Positions 39,690 to 52,730 of a stretch of 64,000 nucleotides of DNA are shown here, one piece after another. Each line of letters begins with the position of its first letter. Positions within the stretch are counted from its first letter, which is position 1. Source of the stretch: Podarcis cretensis (Eukaryota); assembly GCA_951804945.1 (NCBI GenBank), contig OX638151.1, positions 61,442,001 through 61,506,000 of the forward strand. Direction: 5' to 3'. The position numbers were made by a program, and so were the translations under genes. The notes under the pieces were generated by a model. The model was not told the origin of the DNA. It searched no databases and saw nothing but the letters and a program-made list of their open reading frames with translations.

Positions 39690-39880
39690 CTAGTTTTGCT
39701 GTCCTTTTCTAAGCCTTTTCTAGCTCTGTGATATTCTTTTCTCTTTATTTTAAGTGAGACAACCAGGACTGTGCAATGGATTCCAAATGCAATTGCACCA
39801 TAGATTGGTATGGTAGCATTATGATCTTGGTAGTTTTATTTTCAATTCTGTTTTTAATGCTCCCTAATATGGAATTTGGT
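39690..39880 (-). mobile_element. CR1 LINE ORF2 fragment
   Basis: PNSILGSIKNRIENKTTKIIMLPYQSMVQLHLESIAQSWLSHLK aligns with the CR1 motif ANxxLGxI...LYKSMVRPHLEYCVQFWSPHL. Confidence 0.8.
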
Positions 39881-40165
39881 GTGGGGCGACATCCACAACA
39901 ACATGAAGAACTGGAGAAAATTGCCTCCCCTTCTTTCATGCTAGAGAACACCTCTGCTGGATTAAAAGCTATTCAGCGAGCAGAATGGCAGCAATGCATG
40001 TCACTCATGGGCAGTTAAGCTTTTTCTGATAGATGTGAGTAGAACCAATATGTATGAAGGAGGGTATGTTAGGGTTTTTGTTCTTAAAAGAGGTGCAGCC
40101 GGGGGGGCGGAAACAGTCTTTGGATCATGGATAATCCAACACTGCCCTAAAAGATCTGATATGGG

Positions 40166-40298
40166 CAGTGCTATTTTTCTAGAAAAAGAGGTGCCGGAAC
40201 TCACTATGAACACCTCCCTTGTTCTCTTATAATGGCAATGGCGACCACCTGAGAGGCACCAGAACTTTTTTTTTCCCCCAGCTGAAAAAAAAGCCCTG
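40166..40298. mobile_element. hAT-type MITE, 133 bp
   Basis: TIRs CAGTGCTATTTTT / AAAAAAAAGCCCTG; 8-bp TSD GATATGGG (40158-40165) / GATATGGC (40299-40306). Confidence 0.78.
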
Positions 40299-43200
40299 GA
40301 TATGGCAGCAGTGAACTTAAGTGTGGGGTCTAATGCAGTGTTTCATGCTGTACCTCCACCTGTGTTCAACCTGTGTATTTATAAAGATAAACACTCGGAT
40401 TGTGAAATGCCAGTGAGCCTCAGCGATCTGGCTCCAATGGAAACCGTTTCCCAAACAATCCTAATGAAAGGAGGAGACTAAGAAGGGCTCTGTGTGACTG
40501 GCCAAAGTGAAGGTGGGTGATGTTGACCAGAGACATAGAAGCTTTGGGTTATACTGCTAAAAATGTCTCAGGACTGCTGAAACAGAATGCATTTGAGCAA
40601 GACATGGCCAGCCAATTCAGCTGCAACGGCCTCCCCACTAAATATGGACAAGGCCTTTTCATTCTTTCCCTAACATGTGAATCAATAACAAGCAATGGCA
40701 GGGGACAAATATTCACAGAAAAGTTACAGGTGAATTAAAAACCATGTAGGATGCAAAAAAGAAATACTTTATCCAGCCCTGTGAAGGCACTCAAGTTGCA
40801 CATTCAGGACTTTAACCTAGCATGCTTTGACTATCAAAGCTGTTGTTCACACCGTCAGATCAATATTGTGCAGGAATGATTGAATGAATTCTAAGTGTGA
40901 TTAAAGTCCCCTCCTTCTTCTGCAGGGACCGGCTGCAGACTGACATTCAAATCAACTTGGCACAGCAAGTCTGCAGGGATACGTTTGTGTGGTGTTAAAT
41001 TGGCCTTTGGTGTTGTGCACTTTCTGCTGTTCCAGACCCTCCTGACAGGTGTAATAGCTCTGTGGAATAAATACAGTCCTCATGAAAGAGGGAGACAAAG
41101 ATTGCAATATTAAAAAGAGAGCTTGCAGCCTGTTCCTTAGCCGCAGCTGAAATGGGAGATGTACAAACCAACTAATCAAACACTGGCATAGCTGTCGGCT
41201 TCTCTGCCCCACCCCCACCCCCACCCCCACCGCCCTGCAATGCACCAGGCAAACCACCTGCCTTTTAAAATAGTTTACAAGCACAACGCGAACCTTCAAG
41301 TCTTCATCTGTTCATTCACCACCTTTAATCTTGCCGATTGCCGATGTTGTTTTTACTTGTTTTAGCAGTGGGCTTTTTATAATGAACGACAGGTTATGAA
41401 TGCTTAACTAAGCAATTCAAAGTGTGGGTGGGGGAACTGTATTTTCCTATGTCCTGCTGGATTTGTAGTCCTACAGCAAAAAAAGCTGGCAGGAGGCCTG
41501 GGGAGTTCACTCTGTTCTCAGAGATTTTTTAAAGTTTTGTTCCCATTGGATCTGTCCCCCATCACCCTCCAGTAAGCCTCCTTTTCTACCTGACACTGGA
41601 AGTTCCACTTCAGAGGATCACTGGTTGAAGATCCTTCCAGACCCTCATGATGAGGGTTTGTAAGGCTGGATCACTCCCTCTGCAGGCAAAGATTTCTCTA
41701 CTGCCTTGCAGGGAACTTAGGATTGCAACTTTAAATAAATAAGTATTCATGCAGGGGGCAACATGTATTTTTTTTAAAATCAGTTCTACCTCCTCCAACC
41801 CACTTTGGATTGCTCTGTTAAACATTTCTACCCCACCTTTTCCTCACAACTAGATACCAGCTTACTTGAAGGATTGCCTCGTTCCCTCTGTGCTTGACAG
41901 CTTCTTTCTGCGGAACTTGTATTTCTATAGGTGCCATATAGTGTTTGTTCCACATCTGTGAGGAGTTGATTTGTTAGTGTGCCAGCATTTACGCTTTGCG
42001 ACTCCCTGTTGGAAGTGCAACAGTCCATGTGGAACTTAAGTGTTAACTGTTAAAATCAGCTAGCCAAGAGGGGAGCAGATGTAGGTGCTGCTAGCAACCA
42101 GGGTGTGTGTGCCCTGATTGGCTGTGTAGCTCTGAGAGGTTTTTTCCTCTGTACATTTGGCTGAATATCTCCCTGCTAGGGAGGGCATTCCCTGAAAGAG
42201 GACAAGACCTCTCCTTTTCTTTCTCCTCAAATTATACATGTTTTTGTTCAGTTTCCTCAGTAAAGTGTTATCAGGACCCTTTTCCTCTCTGTGTTATTTA
42301 AGAGACTTTGCTAACATATTCTATCCACTCTGCCACTTCTCATTTCAAGGAAGGAAAATGAACCTCAAAACCATATTTCTCCAATGGAAACAAGCTGTTT
42401 CAACTGAAGATGTCAGAGAATTCAACTGAAAACAGAAGCAGGGATGGAAATTGCTGATGTTCGCTTATTTGTCCCATGTCCAGAACAGATATCAACCCAG
42501 CAAATACTATTGGTGTTTTTTGTTGCTGTAGCTTTCGGTCCACAAATGATATGTAACTGCTTGCTTTTCTCCCCATCCTCTATTTGCATTGCATTTCCTT
42601 TGCAGTGAAATGAATGGGGCAGAATAATGTAATGACAACATAACTTACACAATTTATGTAATCAATTACATAAATTATGGACGTTATATAATTTTGCCAC
42701 AGAGGACAGAGACACAAAAAGCAGTTTTGGGCAGAATATGAATTGTAGTGGAACAGAAACAGGGCTGCATGAGATGAATACAGAACAAAACGTGATGTCT
42801 TCTTACACCTCTAGTTTTAACTTTGTGCCACTGTCAAGATGCCCTTGAAATGTTAAGCTAGTTTTGAAGGAGGTGCTTTCCCATGGGTTCCTCTGATGCC
42901 TCTAGTTCAAAGACCCACAAACACATGGGAAGGGTACTGCATGTGTGGCAGCAAGATCTTTAAGTCATTAAAGAACGGTTGTGGGAAGCACAGACAGAAA
43001 GCACCCCTGAGGGCACGACTGTCATATTTGAAACACACCACAACTGAGAAGGTTTCCAATCTTCCTGCCATCTCAGATGCTCTGAACTGAAGACAAATGC
43101 TTGCTTTAAGAACAGTTTAGCGGCAGTTAAACACTAAATAAATTTGAGTGGAAACTCACCAAGGCGACTGCATTGCTGATCTTCAGCAGTCATGATCTCT

Positions 43201-44932
43201 GCTGCCAAGAGTGTTCCACAAAGCTCTGGCATCTGCTTGAAACAATGTCATCACTGCAACTCTTATCTAGGATGGTGGTTTCTCACTAGGATGACACATC
43301 AACATGACACAGCCCAAGAAATCAGTGTTGCGCTAAGAAAGATGAGCAATGAATTATTGTGAAGGGAAGATAAATGGGCAGCATGTAACTGAGGAACTAC
43401 TTGACAACAAGGTAGCTGATGATATGGAGATACTTGTATATAGTGCAAAAGGCTTTCTGGGTAGCCATAAATTGATAAAACCAGAATTACAGGAGAAATT
43501 GGCACTTGCAAAGCACATTTAGGGCTAGCTGATTCACTTCGCTTATGTGGATTTTAAGACGTTATGCATGCGGCGAATATTTTTTCTTCTACCAAGCCTT
43601 AGAGATGCTTGTCTGCATATGCTTTCTGCCTGTAACAAGATTTATATATAACCTGGAGGATGCTGTGAGCTGATCTAGATTTAGATGCAAATCTTTAGCT
43701 TTGATTTTGGTGCCGGGAGTTTGTGTAGGTGACCTTAAAGGAACTTCCAGCTCTATGGTTTCATTCTACCAATAGGAAAATGCATACTATTCATCCTACA
43801 TATTAGCATAGCATATTACAGAGAGGTGCCTTAACCATAAATATTTCTCACTAGCTTTTGAAAAAAGGTAAATTTATTATGTTGGGTGTTGTGTTGGTAC
43901 GAGGTTGAGACTTTACTGTGTGGGTTTTACCAGCCGATTGTCATTGTAAACACACTGCATGTTTGGAACACATCATCACTATGATGTCAGTCTGGTGCTT
44001 TGAGTTCAGTTTCAGCATGTGACCATCTAACGAGTTTTCATATTACAAAGGTAGCATCAAAATCCCCAGAACACAGGGGAGAAATTCATGTGGCTTGACC
44101 CACCCTCTTGGAAACTGGGGTGACACTGGTGTAGGAAACAGCTGCAGCTGGGACCACCTCCCATAAGGCCTCGGGCCTCTGACATTAACTTTGTGGCAGA
44201 GGAAGGAACCACACTGCAGCAACTCCCTGGCCACAAAAGGTAACCGGCGAATGAGACTCAAGGAAGCATGCCTAATGCCAAAAGGAGAAGACTACGCTAG
44301 CCACCACAGGCAGAAAGAATGTAAACTGCTCTGCAATGCTTCAGTATTATAAGTTCTTTTATTATTATTTGCCATTTGTGCAGCGAGTAAAGTACAAAGG
44401 CCAGCATCCAGTGTTTAACGAATAAAAGGTCAATGAGAAACACAGACTTAGACTGCAGACATGCAAGTCCCAACAGCAAAGAATGAGTTATGCGAGCCTT
44501 GCCACGCGAAAGCACTCAAATACTATTAACAAAACGGCACAGACCTTTTTTTTTTTTACCAACCTGAACTTCACATTGTTGACAATGAAGCCTCAATTTA
44601 CATTGCACCACTCGTGTTGAAAAATCTTGTACTAAACTTTCAAGCATTGTCTATAAATATTTCCTCAAAGAGATATGTGGCCATAGTGAGGCCTTTCAGC
44701 CTTTTTGGTGCATTTGCTTCTGGCAACTACATTTTTAAAAAGTGTTGCTTTCCAGAGGTAGAGAGGATCTTTATTTATTTCTGCTCAGGAGAGCCTCTCT
44801 TACCAACTACATTTGAAGCTGCAATTCTATACCCATTTACCCAAGAGGAAACACTGAACTCCCAAAGTGTTGACTTCTGTCTGCACATGTATAGGATTAT
44901 GCTCTAAATTCCTCTTCTGTCGGGAGACGGAT

Positions 44933-45150
44933 ATAGAATCATAGAATTGTAGAGCTGGAAGGGGGACCCCAAGTCCAATCCCCTGCAATGAGGGAATCTT
45001 AACTAAAGCATATATGAGATGGCCACCCAGCCTCTGTATAGAAACCTCCAAGGAAGGAGAGTCCACCACCTCCCGAGGGAGTCCACCCCACTGACAAACA
45101 CCTCTTGCTGTCAGAAAACTCTGCCTGATGTTTAGCTGGAGTCTTTCTTC
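44933..45150 (-). mobile_element. CR1 LINE 3' end
   Basis: ATTCTATG-type tail, CCCTTCCAGCTCTACAATTCT 3'UTR and ORF2 end VVDSPSLEVSIQRLGGHL. Confidence 0.88.
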
Positions 45151-46122
45151 CTAGTATGCTCTGTGAAAAGCGTTGACCAGTGGAAGGTTTTAGGGGCAGA
45201 TGCAGCTCATGGAACAGTTTGGTTAGTGAGCTCTCGCTGCACTCTGCCAAGCTGTAATGAAAATGTGGTAAAGATTTTCCTTACAGTTGTAAGGAAAATA
45301 AATTTGTTTTCAAAAATGATGTGAGATATGCACTTCACACTGTTGCTCTCCAGGGTTTGCATGAATGCCCTGTGTCCACGACCCAGAGTTGTAAAAAGTC
45401 CTTACTGTTACTTTAGAATAACTTTATTGCAGAACCTGACCACTTGAGGAGTCCAATTCTGCCCCCCAGATCTCTATTTAGAACAGAGGTGGCCAGTTTG
45501 GTGGTTTGCAAAGTGCAGGAGGCCAGATTAGCAATTTTCTGCTCCCCAATGGTGTTACTAAAAATGGATATTCCACAATTTATTGTGACATCTACTATTT
45601 GGCTATATGAAAAACTAAGCCTGACAATATTCTCTCCAAGCTGTGAAGCCTTTCCTGCTCAATAGATGTTGACCACTCCCAGACCCTAGACCACTGACTA
45701 GAGACTGGTGATCCCTGAGACTACGGTGGTTGGACATCCTGCTTCTGTGACGCAAGGGGCCTTGGGCATGCTTTGCAGATTGCATGCTACTTCACTGGCT
45801 CTGGTTTGTTCCCCCAAGTGATCCTGAGTTGTTTGTGCAGTTGGACTGGCTCTGACTCAGCCATTCCTCTTACCTGATGCTCTCCTATTCCAATCCTACC
45901 ATTCACCAATCCCTGTCTTCCTCATTTACTGTAAAATTCAAGCCCAGTGCCAAATAAATATTAAATAAAAGGAGTCCATCTAGTCATTGCTCCTGGAAGG
46001 AGTATGATGAAGTTCTGCCATTTCTTCTTGATGTGAAGAAAACCAGGTGGTGCTATTAAGATGTACCTGCAAACACCTGAGCAGCAAGAATTTTTTTGAA
46101 CGAAGGGAGACTATTTTTGTTT

Positions 46123-46128
46123 TTTATT
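46123..46128 (-). promoter_or_regulatory. Candidate AIG1 polyadenylation signal (AATAAA on minus strand)
   Basis: TTTATT on plus strand ~545 nt downstream of the AIG1 stop codon; motif only. Confidence 0.55.
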
Positions 46129-46671
46129 GATGTGGTTTTGTACTTTAGCAGCACTGAGTTAAATCAGTTTGTTTTAACAATTTTTATAGCCCTAGTTGAC
46201 CGCCATTGTCCCAAACACTTCTTGTCCGTAATGTGATGATTAAAATTCCACAGAACTCTCTGATTTGTTAATTCCACAGAACTCTCTGATTCAAAATATT
46301 TGCATGTGTGTGTTAAGTTTTCCACTCTTTTGAAGATGTGGCTTTATGATACAGCTAGATATGCAAACAATTTCCCCACTGATTTCCAAAAATCAGAGAC
46401 AGAGCAGACTTCAATAATGCTGCCACAGGAAAGACACTTAACATAGTAACATACATAATTACATGTGTAGAAGAGTCGTGGAGAAATGTATCATATATAG
46501 TGTTATGGGCAGAGGCAGGTATCAGGAAGGAGTGGGACAATAAATCAATATCCCTTTTCTTTTTAAAGAGAAAATAAAAGTATCCTGGATGCACTGTTCA
46601 TGTAAATGGCCAATCTCTTGACACTGAGATGTCTTCCGTATAGCAGCAAATATTGTTTTCCTCTTTCACGT

Positions 46672-46709
46672 TCAGTCCAATTTAGGCTTTTCTTTTCCTT
46701 CTTCCATAC
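46672..46709 (-). CDS. AIG1: Androgen-induced 1 (FAHFA hydrolase), terminal coding exon (38 nt)
   Basis: (C)MEEGKEKPKLD-TGA after a CAG acceptor; matches the human C-terminus SMEEEKEKPKLE. Confidence 0.93.
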
Positions 46710-49700
46710 CTGAGCACAAACAGAAAACAATTTTTGAAACACCTGAGGAAACCGGAAGGCACTGCACCCTTATGCTTCTTCTGCAAAATTTTGGGAGGAA
46801 TTTAACGTTGTACATCCTAAGGTGATCATTCTATCAGGGTATAAGCATTTGGGTTTGCCAAGCAGAATAATTCCCCCTCCCTCCATGCCCTGTTCCAAGG
46901 CTTCTCCTCACCCTCCCCCAGGCCAATTTTGGACTGTGTGCAAGGGAGTGGGGAGGGAAAGAGCCCCATTGTGCAGATCTGCTGCTGCTGAGACTCATTT
47001 GCCAAACCCTGCCCTTTGTTTCTCCTTTGGTGCCTTCCCAATGCATGATAATAGGCAGCAGAATGCTGACAAAATGGGACCAGACTAACCAAATAATCTG
47101 CAACCATACTGGCTTTTAACTGTTAAATAATAGCTTGTCTGATATATTTCTTCCACATTTGAAGCTCCTCCGCCTCATTCCTTGTTGAATAATGGTGAAA
47201 ATCATTCTTCATGATGTCTATTTACTTATGAGCATGTATTGTATTCATGGTTACAAAACAATGTCTATGCTGGGATAAGCAACAAAATATTTCAGGTTCT
47301 CCAAGTCTTATTATTAACTGCTGATGGGTAGGTTTGGGGGCATCCTTTTAAAGCCATTAAGTGTAATATGCATTTATGCCCACACAAAAATGTCCAGATT
47401 CTTATACCAGCTGTCTGTGACACCAGTCCACAGTCATCCTTGATTTCAAAGACCTCAAACACACCAATAACTTGGATCTGTAATTGTAACAATATATCTG
47501 TATTAGCTCATTATAATGAGACCCATGAATTAAAGTGCTGCAAGCAGCTTGGAAAGTTCAGCCGTTGCCTGAGTAGTATTCCATTGGTCGATTTCTTGCA
47601 GTTAATCCTAGCAATGGTTACTCAGAAGTAAATCCCAACGATTTCAAGGGGCTTATTCCCAGTAAGGTCACACCCGCTATGTGGCCATAGTATAGAGACT
47701 TAACTCCACTAAGACTTCCATCCTTTAGATTCAATGGGACTTATTTCAGAGCAGACCTGCAGTTGGTATGTACTAACTTGACTGTGGCAGTCTTAGCTTT
47801 TAGATTGCCAACATTTTGCAAGGTTTATTGATTTCAATACAACATCCCAAAGTGATAAAGGATCATTGCCCCAGTCTCTCCTTCCTTACCAAAATTATAC
47901 AAATAATTTTGCTTCTAGAGGTGCAGTTCTGAGGTGCCCATCTCCTGCCCATTCTCTACTACTAGAGACACAGCCCTCCTTCCCCTTTCAGATCTGATGG
48001 CACAATCTTCTCTAAGTTCAGCAATACCCACGCAAATGCCTCGACTCTGTGAGGGGGAATGGGTGCTTCTGATCTTGCACAACTTCTGCTCAATCTCAGA
48101 GACACCAGAAGTTAACTTTCCTACACAACCATTCTTCAAATGACCTCCCCCCCAAATGTTATTAGTATGGTAGGTGCACAGGTGTCTCTGGGTGCATTTG
48201 GCCTTTAATATTAATTTTATTTTAAAGTAATGTGGCCAAAGAAAACCCACAATCCATAGAGGAACACTGAAGCACAGCAAGGACAAAACATAGCCTGGAA
48301 ATAGTCACCAGGTTGTTGTTTTTTCAGAGAGCTGAAGACACTTTGAAAGAAGGATCACTGCTTCTGGAGTGTACTACTCATTTTTGTTGGAGATAAAAAC
48401 AACAGTTCTTACTATTCCAAAACCTGCAAAACCTATTTAACCGTCAGGCAAAATAAAGAGTGTGAAAATCATGGGAAGCAAAACCTCACTCAAAACCACT
48501 TTCTTTAAAATGGTTCTTTAAAAAGGATTCTTTATAACTATTGCCTGGCTCCAGCCTTCAAAAACCAAAATCAATTCCCAGAAACAACCAGAACAGAACA
48601 AAACCCCACCACAGATTCAACATATTGTAAACTGTAGGTGCGATAGAGGGAAATGTGGCAAGCAGCAAACATGTCGCTGAAGTCACCACAGGAACCAGAG
48701 ACAGCAGATGATAATGGGTTAAAAAAAATTGCAAAATTTCCCCGTCTTATTATCCTTAAGCAAAATCTACAGGCAGCAACACTTACCTCATCTATGAAAA
48801 AGATCCAGGTATTGTCAACAGCATCCTTTACTGTGTTTCTCATTCTTTTTGAGCAATCCAGGCAGTGAAAGCCCAGCATAAGTAACTTGCAAGGCACAGA
48901 GAAGGGGGCTTGGATGGGGCTGTGAGAGGTGCTGCCTGCTTGTGTGTCCATGCGCTTGTTCAGGTGTGTAGGGGGGGGTGCAGGTTCTGTTGAACCCCCT
49001 TGGGATTCTCCATGTGCAGGCATTGCACTCACAGTGTAACTCATTCATGGCCATTGATTGTGTTTTTCTGGCAATGGAAACATTCGTCTCTTTCAAACGC
49101 TTGTTCCTGGGCAAAGTTCTATTCTTAGCTTCTGGCAAAAGTTTTGTTCTTTTGTCTGTTTAGCTAATTTGGACCAAACCACCCTGCCAAACACCTCCGA
49201 TCTATTCTGAAAGTGTTTCTTTTGGAAGTTTCCAGTGCTGCTGCATATCCCTAAAAAGAAATTTCTTATCTTTCTTTTCAATAGGACAGGGGTCTAGAGG
49301 GTGGGCAGAGATGAGAAGGAACCTCTCAAAAGGAAACCTGACCATAAATCGCAGTACTTTTCAAATGGAAAATCTGCTTGGCTCAGATTTCTTATCATGG
49401 GCTTCTTTGAAAAACACACCCATATCTGCCCAAATTACAGTAGAGGGGCAAAAGCGTCTGGTAGTGGCGATTTTGTTGAAAGACAGAGTAATGAAGCAAT
49501 TTGGTTTGGACATCGCCAATAGTCTACATACAATGGGCTGGGTGTTGCTGACAAACCAAAAATAATTTGATAGTCAGTCAAAGGTTTAAGAAAACAAAAC
49601 AATGGCTCAGCTCCAGAAACGCATATTGGCTTTGGATACAGTGCTGATGCCAATTCTGGTCTCCTGTGTCCTCTCTGCTGCTGGAGGAAACTTTTCCAGT

Positions 49701-50697
49701 GGTTTCAAGCTGTAGTGTTTCATTTTTCTTCATAAAAGAGGCTCTATCCTTTCTTGAGAAGCATTTTACTGCTGATGGATCAAATACGCTGGCAGAAATT
49801 ATGTTATCTTCAGATCTGTGGGCTGACTCTGGCCCATAGAATGGGAAGATTTTTCTTTGCCTACCATGTTTGTGGTTTAGTTTGGAAAAAGTAACTGCAA
49901 ATTATTTTGTCAGTAGTGGTGTGTTTTTTAAAAAATGTAACTCTTAAAGGAAGAGAGGGGGAAACCTTTCAGACTTGTAAATGCCTTTTTCTTTCCACCC
50001 CAACCTTTATTATAGGATGGCATAAGCTCATTGTATAATTTTGTGATATGTGGTGTACTTGTCAAACCTTTTTAAGAACATCCAATTTAGATCTTATCTG
50101 GATCACAACAGGCACATCCTCAATCACCTTTGCAGAACTTATTGGGACTAGGAGTATCACCCAATGGTGCTGTTTCATTCATGGAATGATCTTTGATCCA
50201 GCAGAGGCTTCCATGAATAGAAGTGGTGGTGGAAGGTGATTTTTGCTAATTACCCCTTTAACTCCCTAGAAATTTCTGGATTTATGTATTTATTTGTTGT
50301 CATCTGATGCGCTCAGCTAAATGTCCAAAACCAGGCAATGATAATCACTCACACCCACACACCCAGTCTCAAATTAAGCCCAAAAGTACATCAATGCATG
50401 AGTGTGCAAGCAACTTCATGTACTGATTTCAATGCAATCATTTTGTGTGGAAAGGAGTTTGCATGAAACTGCAGCAATGGGAAATAACTGTATGCTACCA
50501 GATTAGATTGAAATGATAGAAAATTTATGGGGGGTTTTTCTGACAAAGTAACATTGTATGGAATAACCACCATGTGACAGAATTTAAACACCTCTCCACA
50601 TGAAAAGGACATGGTGGAGAACTTTACAATGTCCATGGCAATATGTGAATCAGTCCTTGTTTCATAGTTACATCAGTGCTTCTCAAATAATACTCAC

Positions 50698-50861
50698 ATT
50701 TTTGTGTATCCCAGATGCAGTTGTTTAGGATCTCACCCAGCAAGTAGAAGATGTTAATTATTGCAGTTACAGTAGCAAAGAAGATAATTTTAGCACCTGA
50801 GCCAAGGTACTCCAAGAGAGGGTACACCCAAACCCCTGTTACATGATAAATCCAACAGACC
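50698..50861 (-). CDS. AIG1: AIG1 penultimate coding exon (164 nt)
   Basis: [54 protein letters not shown]; AG/GTGAGT flanks. Confidence 0.96.
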
Positions 50862-52485
50862 CTAATATAAATACAGAGAGAAATCAGAAGTTTTCTTTAA
50901 ATAAATAAAATTATACAATAGCAAGAACTTTTTTTCTATGAGCAGAATCCTATGTCTATTTAGAAGTAAACTCTATTGATTATGTTTAGTGAGATTTTGC
51001 TATACATCTACGAAACATCCACCCACCCTTTTTGAATGGTTTTGAAAAAAAGATATAAATGTGGCTTACCATTATGCAAATGGCAACTGGGCTGTAGTGT
51101 TAATAACACTAACAATGGGTTGGCTCCAAAGGTTCCTTTCTTCTGACTGAGGGATTCTTGCAGCAATGGATGGATTCCCACCCCCCCAACCCCCAAAAGA
51201 AGGAGGAAACCTTTGGTCTCATCCCAGCATTTGCAACTATTGTAACACTTTTTGATTCCTAATTGTTATTTATGATTAATTGTTAAATACAGATAGCCAT
51301 AAACCTAGGTGTATTCAGAGTTGCAACGTATCTGTCTATTTATATGCTGGGCTTGTCCACTGTGGATTTGCTGTTGGTCATATAGGCAAGTTTTCCACAA
51401 TGCGCAAATCACAATTCTCTCTCACTTTTTAGCCAGAATTTTCCCATTCTGCAGATAAGAATGACATTGGCATTCACTGCTAGTGTGGAAGCTCCTCGGT
51501 GCATTGGTCTGATGTTCGAATGGGCTGCCTCTGTCGTCACAACCCCTAATTCTGTTTGCTGCTTACCTGGACGTAATCTAGTTGTTTTGTTTCCAGCAGC
51601 CCAAGTGATGTAAGTGTGCCTATTTCTGTTGACTGCTGAATGCTTAGGACATGCCCCAAAGATCTCTGAAGACTGCAATTGTAGCACATATGTGAAGGAA
51701 GTCTTGCATAAAACCTTTGTATGGTTTTTCTTAAAGATATACTGCAAGCCCCTGAAAAAAACAAATCTAAGCTGCAGGCCTCTGTTCATGCCTTAGAATA
51801 GAAACAAAAACATGGCACCATCAGTTCATGTCTCCCATATTGCATGCAGCTCTACCCTAATTATAATAAAAGCCAATATTAAAAAGTAGGGGGGAAAGAG
51901 TACCGCTCTCTGATTTCAGGGCATAGTGTGAGAAATTGTAGCGGACTAATAAATTCCCCATGTCATTTCAGTCCTGAAAGGCTTATAAAGTGTGTGTGGG
52001 GGGGGAAGGTTTATGACAGTAAACCAGGTAGGGCTCCTTGGGAAGAGGATGCAATGAAGGTGCCACTACAGAGAAAGCTCTGTTCCTTGTAGCAGCAAGC
52101 TTAACTTAAGGAGGCAGAGGCATTGGAAGCAGGATCTCACCTGATTACATGAACAGATGAGGAGACTTATGGGGAAGAAGTTACTCCCTAAAATGTACCA
52201 TAAGTATCTATTATGGGTGTATATTCTGGAAACCTTTATAGAAGCAAGCTGGAACCAGGCAAAACATGCACATATGCAGATGTAGATTCTTTTCAATCTC
52301 TCTTTCAGTTTATTGATGATTAGTAGGAGATTCCATTGCCAGTGTGGGAAAGTAAAAAAGAAGAAGGAATAAACAAGCTTGGGAAACCATGACACTTTGG
52401 GGGCGGAAAGAGAGGAGGGAGCAGGAAGCATGAATCAGGATTTGATTCACAGGCTTTACATGTATCAGTACAGGAGCAAAGACAG

Positions 52486-52730
52486 GGGCTGGATCTACAC
52501 TCACCTTTTAAATGTTATTAGAACAATATTTAAAAATACCATCAAGGCTGAAAGTCCCATTCCACAAGGTCTACCTGTATTTGGAACGGGGTTGCTCTGC
52601 AGCGCCCTCTGGTGTCACACTTTAATAACGCATTATTAACGTTAAAAACGAACGTCATGTGGCTATATGGTTATCGGAACCACTCCATAACTCTTTTTTA
52701 GCATTAAAAACCATGAGTGTAGATCCGCCC
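52486..52730. mobile_element. MITE, probably PIF/Harbinger-type, ~245 bp, in an AIG1 intron
   Basis: TIRs GGGCTGGATCTACACTCA / TGAGTGTAGATCCGCCC; GGG-initial TIRs suggest Harbinger; TSD unclear. Confidence 0.7.

Noticed and set aside
48571-49044. 157-aa ORF within an AIG1 intron, and similar ORFs such as 29058-29558
   Set aside because: No recognisable domain or splice context; the length is compatible with chance.
50624-50697. Read-through C-terminal extension of AIG1 (CEYYLRSTD...)
   Set aside because: A strong GTGAGT donor and a conserved downstream terminal exon explain the structure; nothing supports intron retention.
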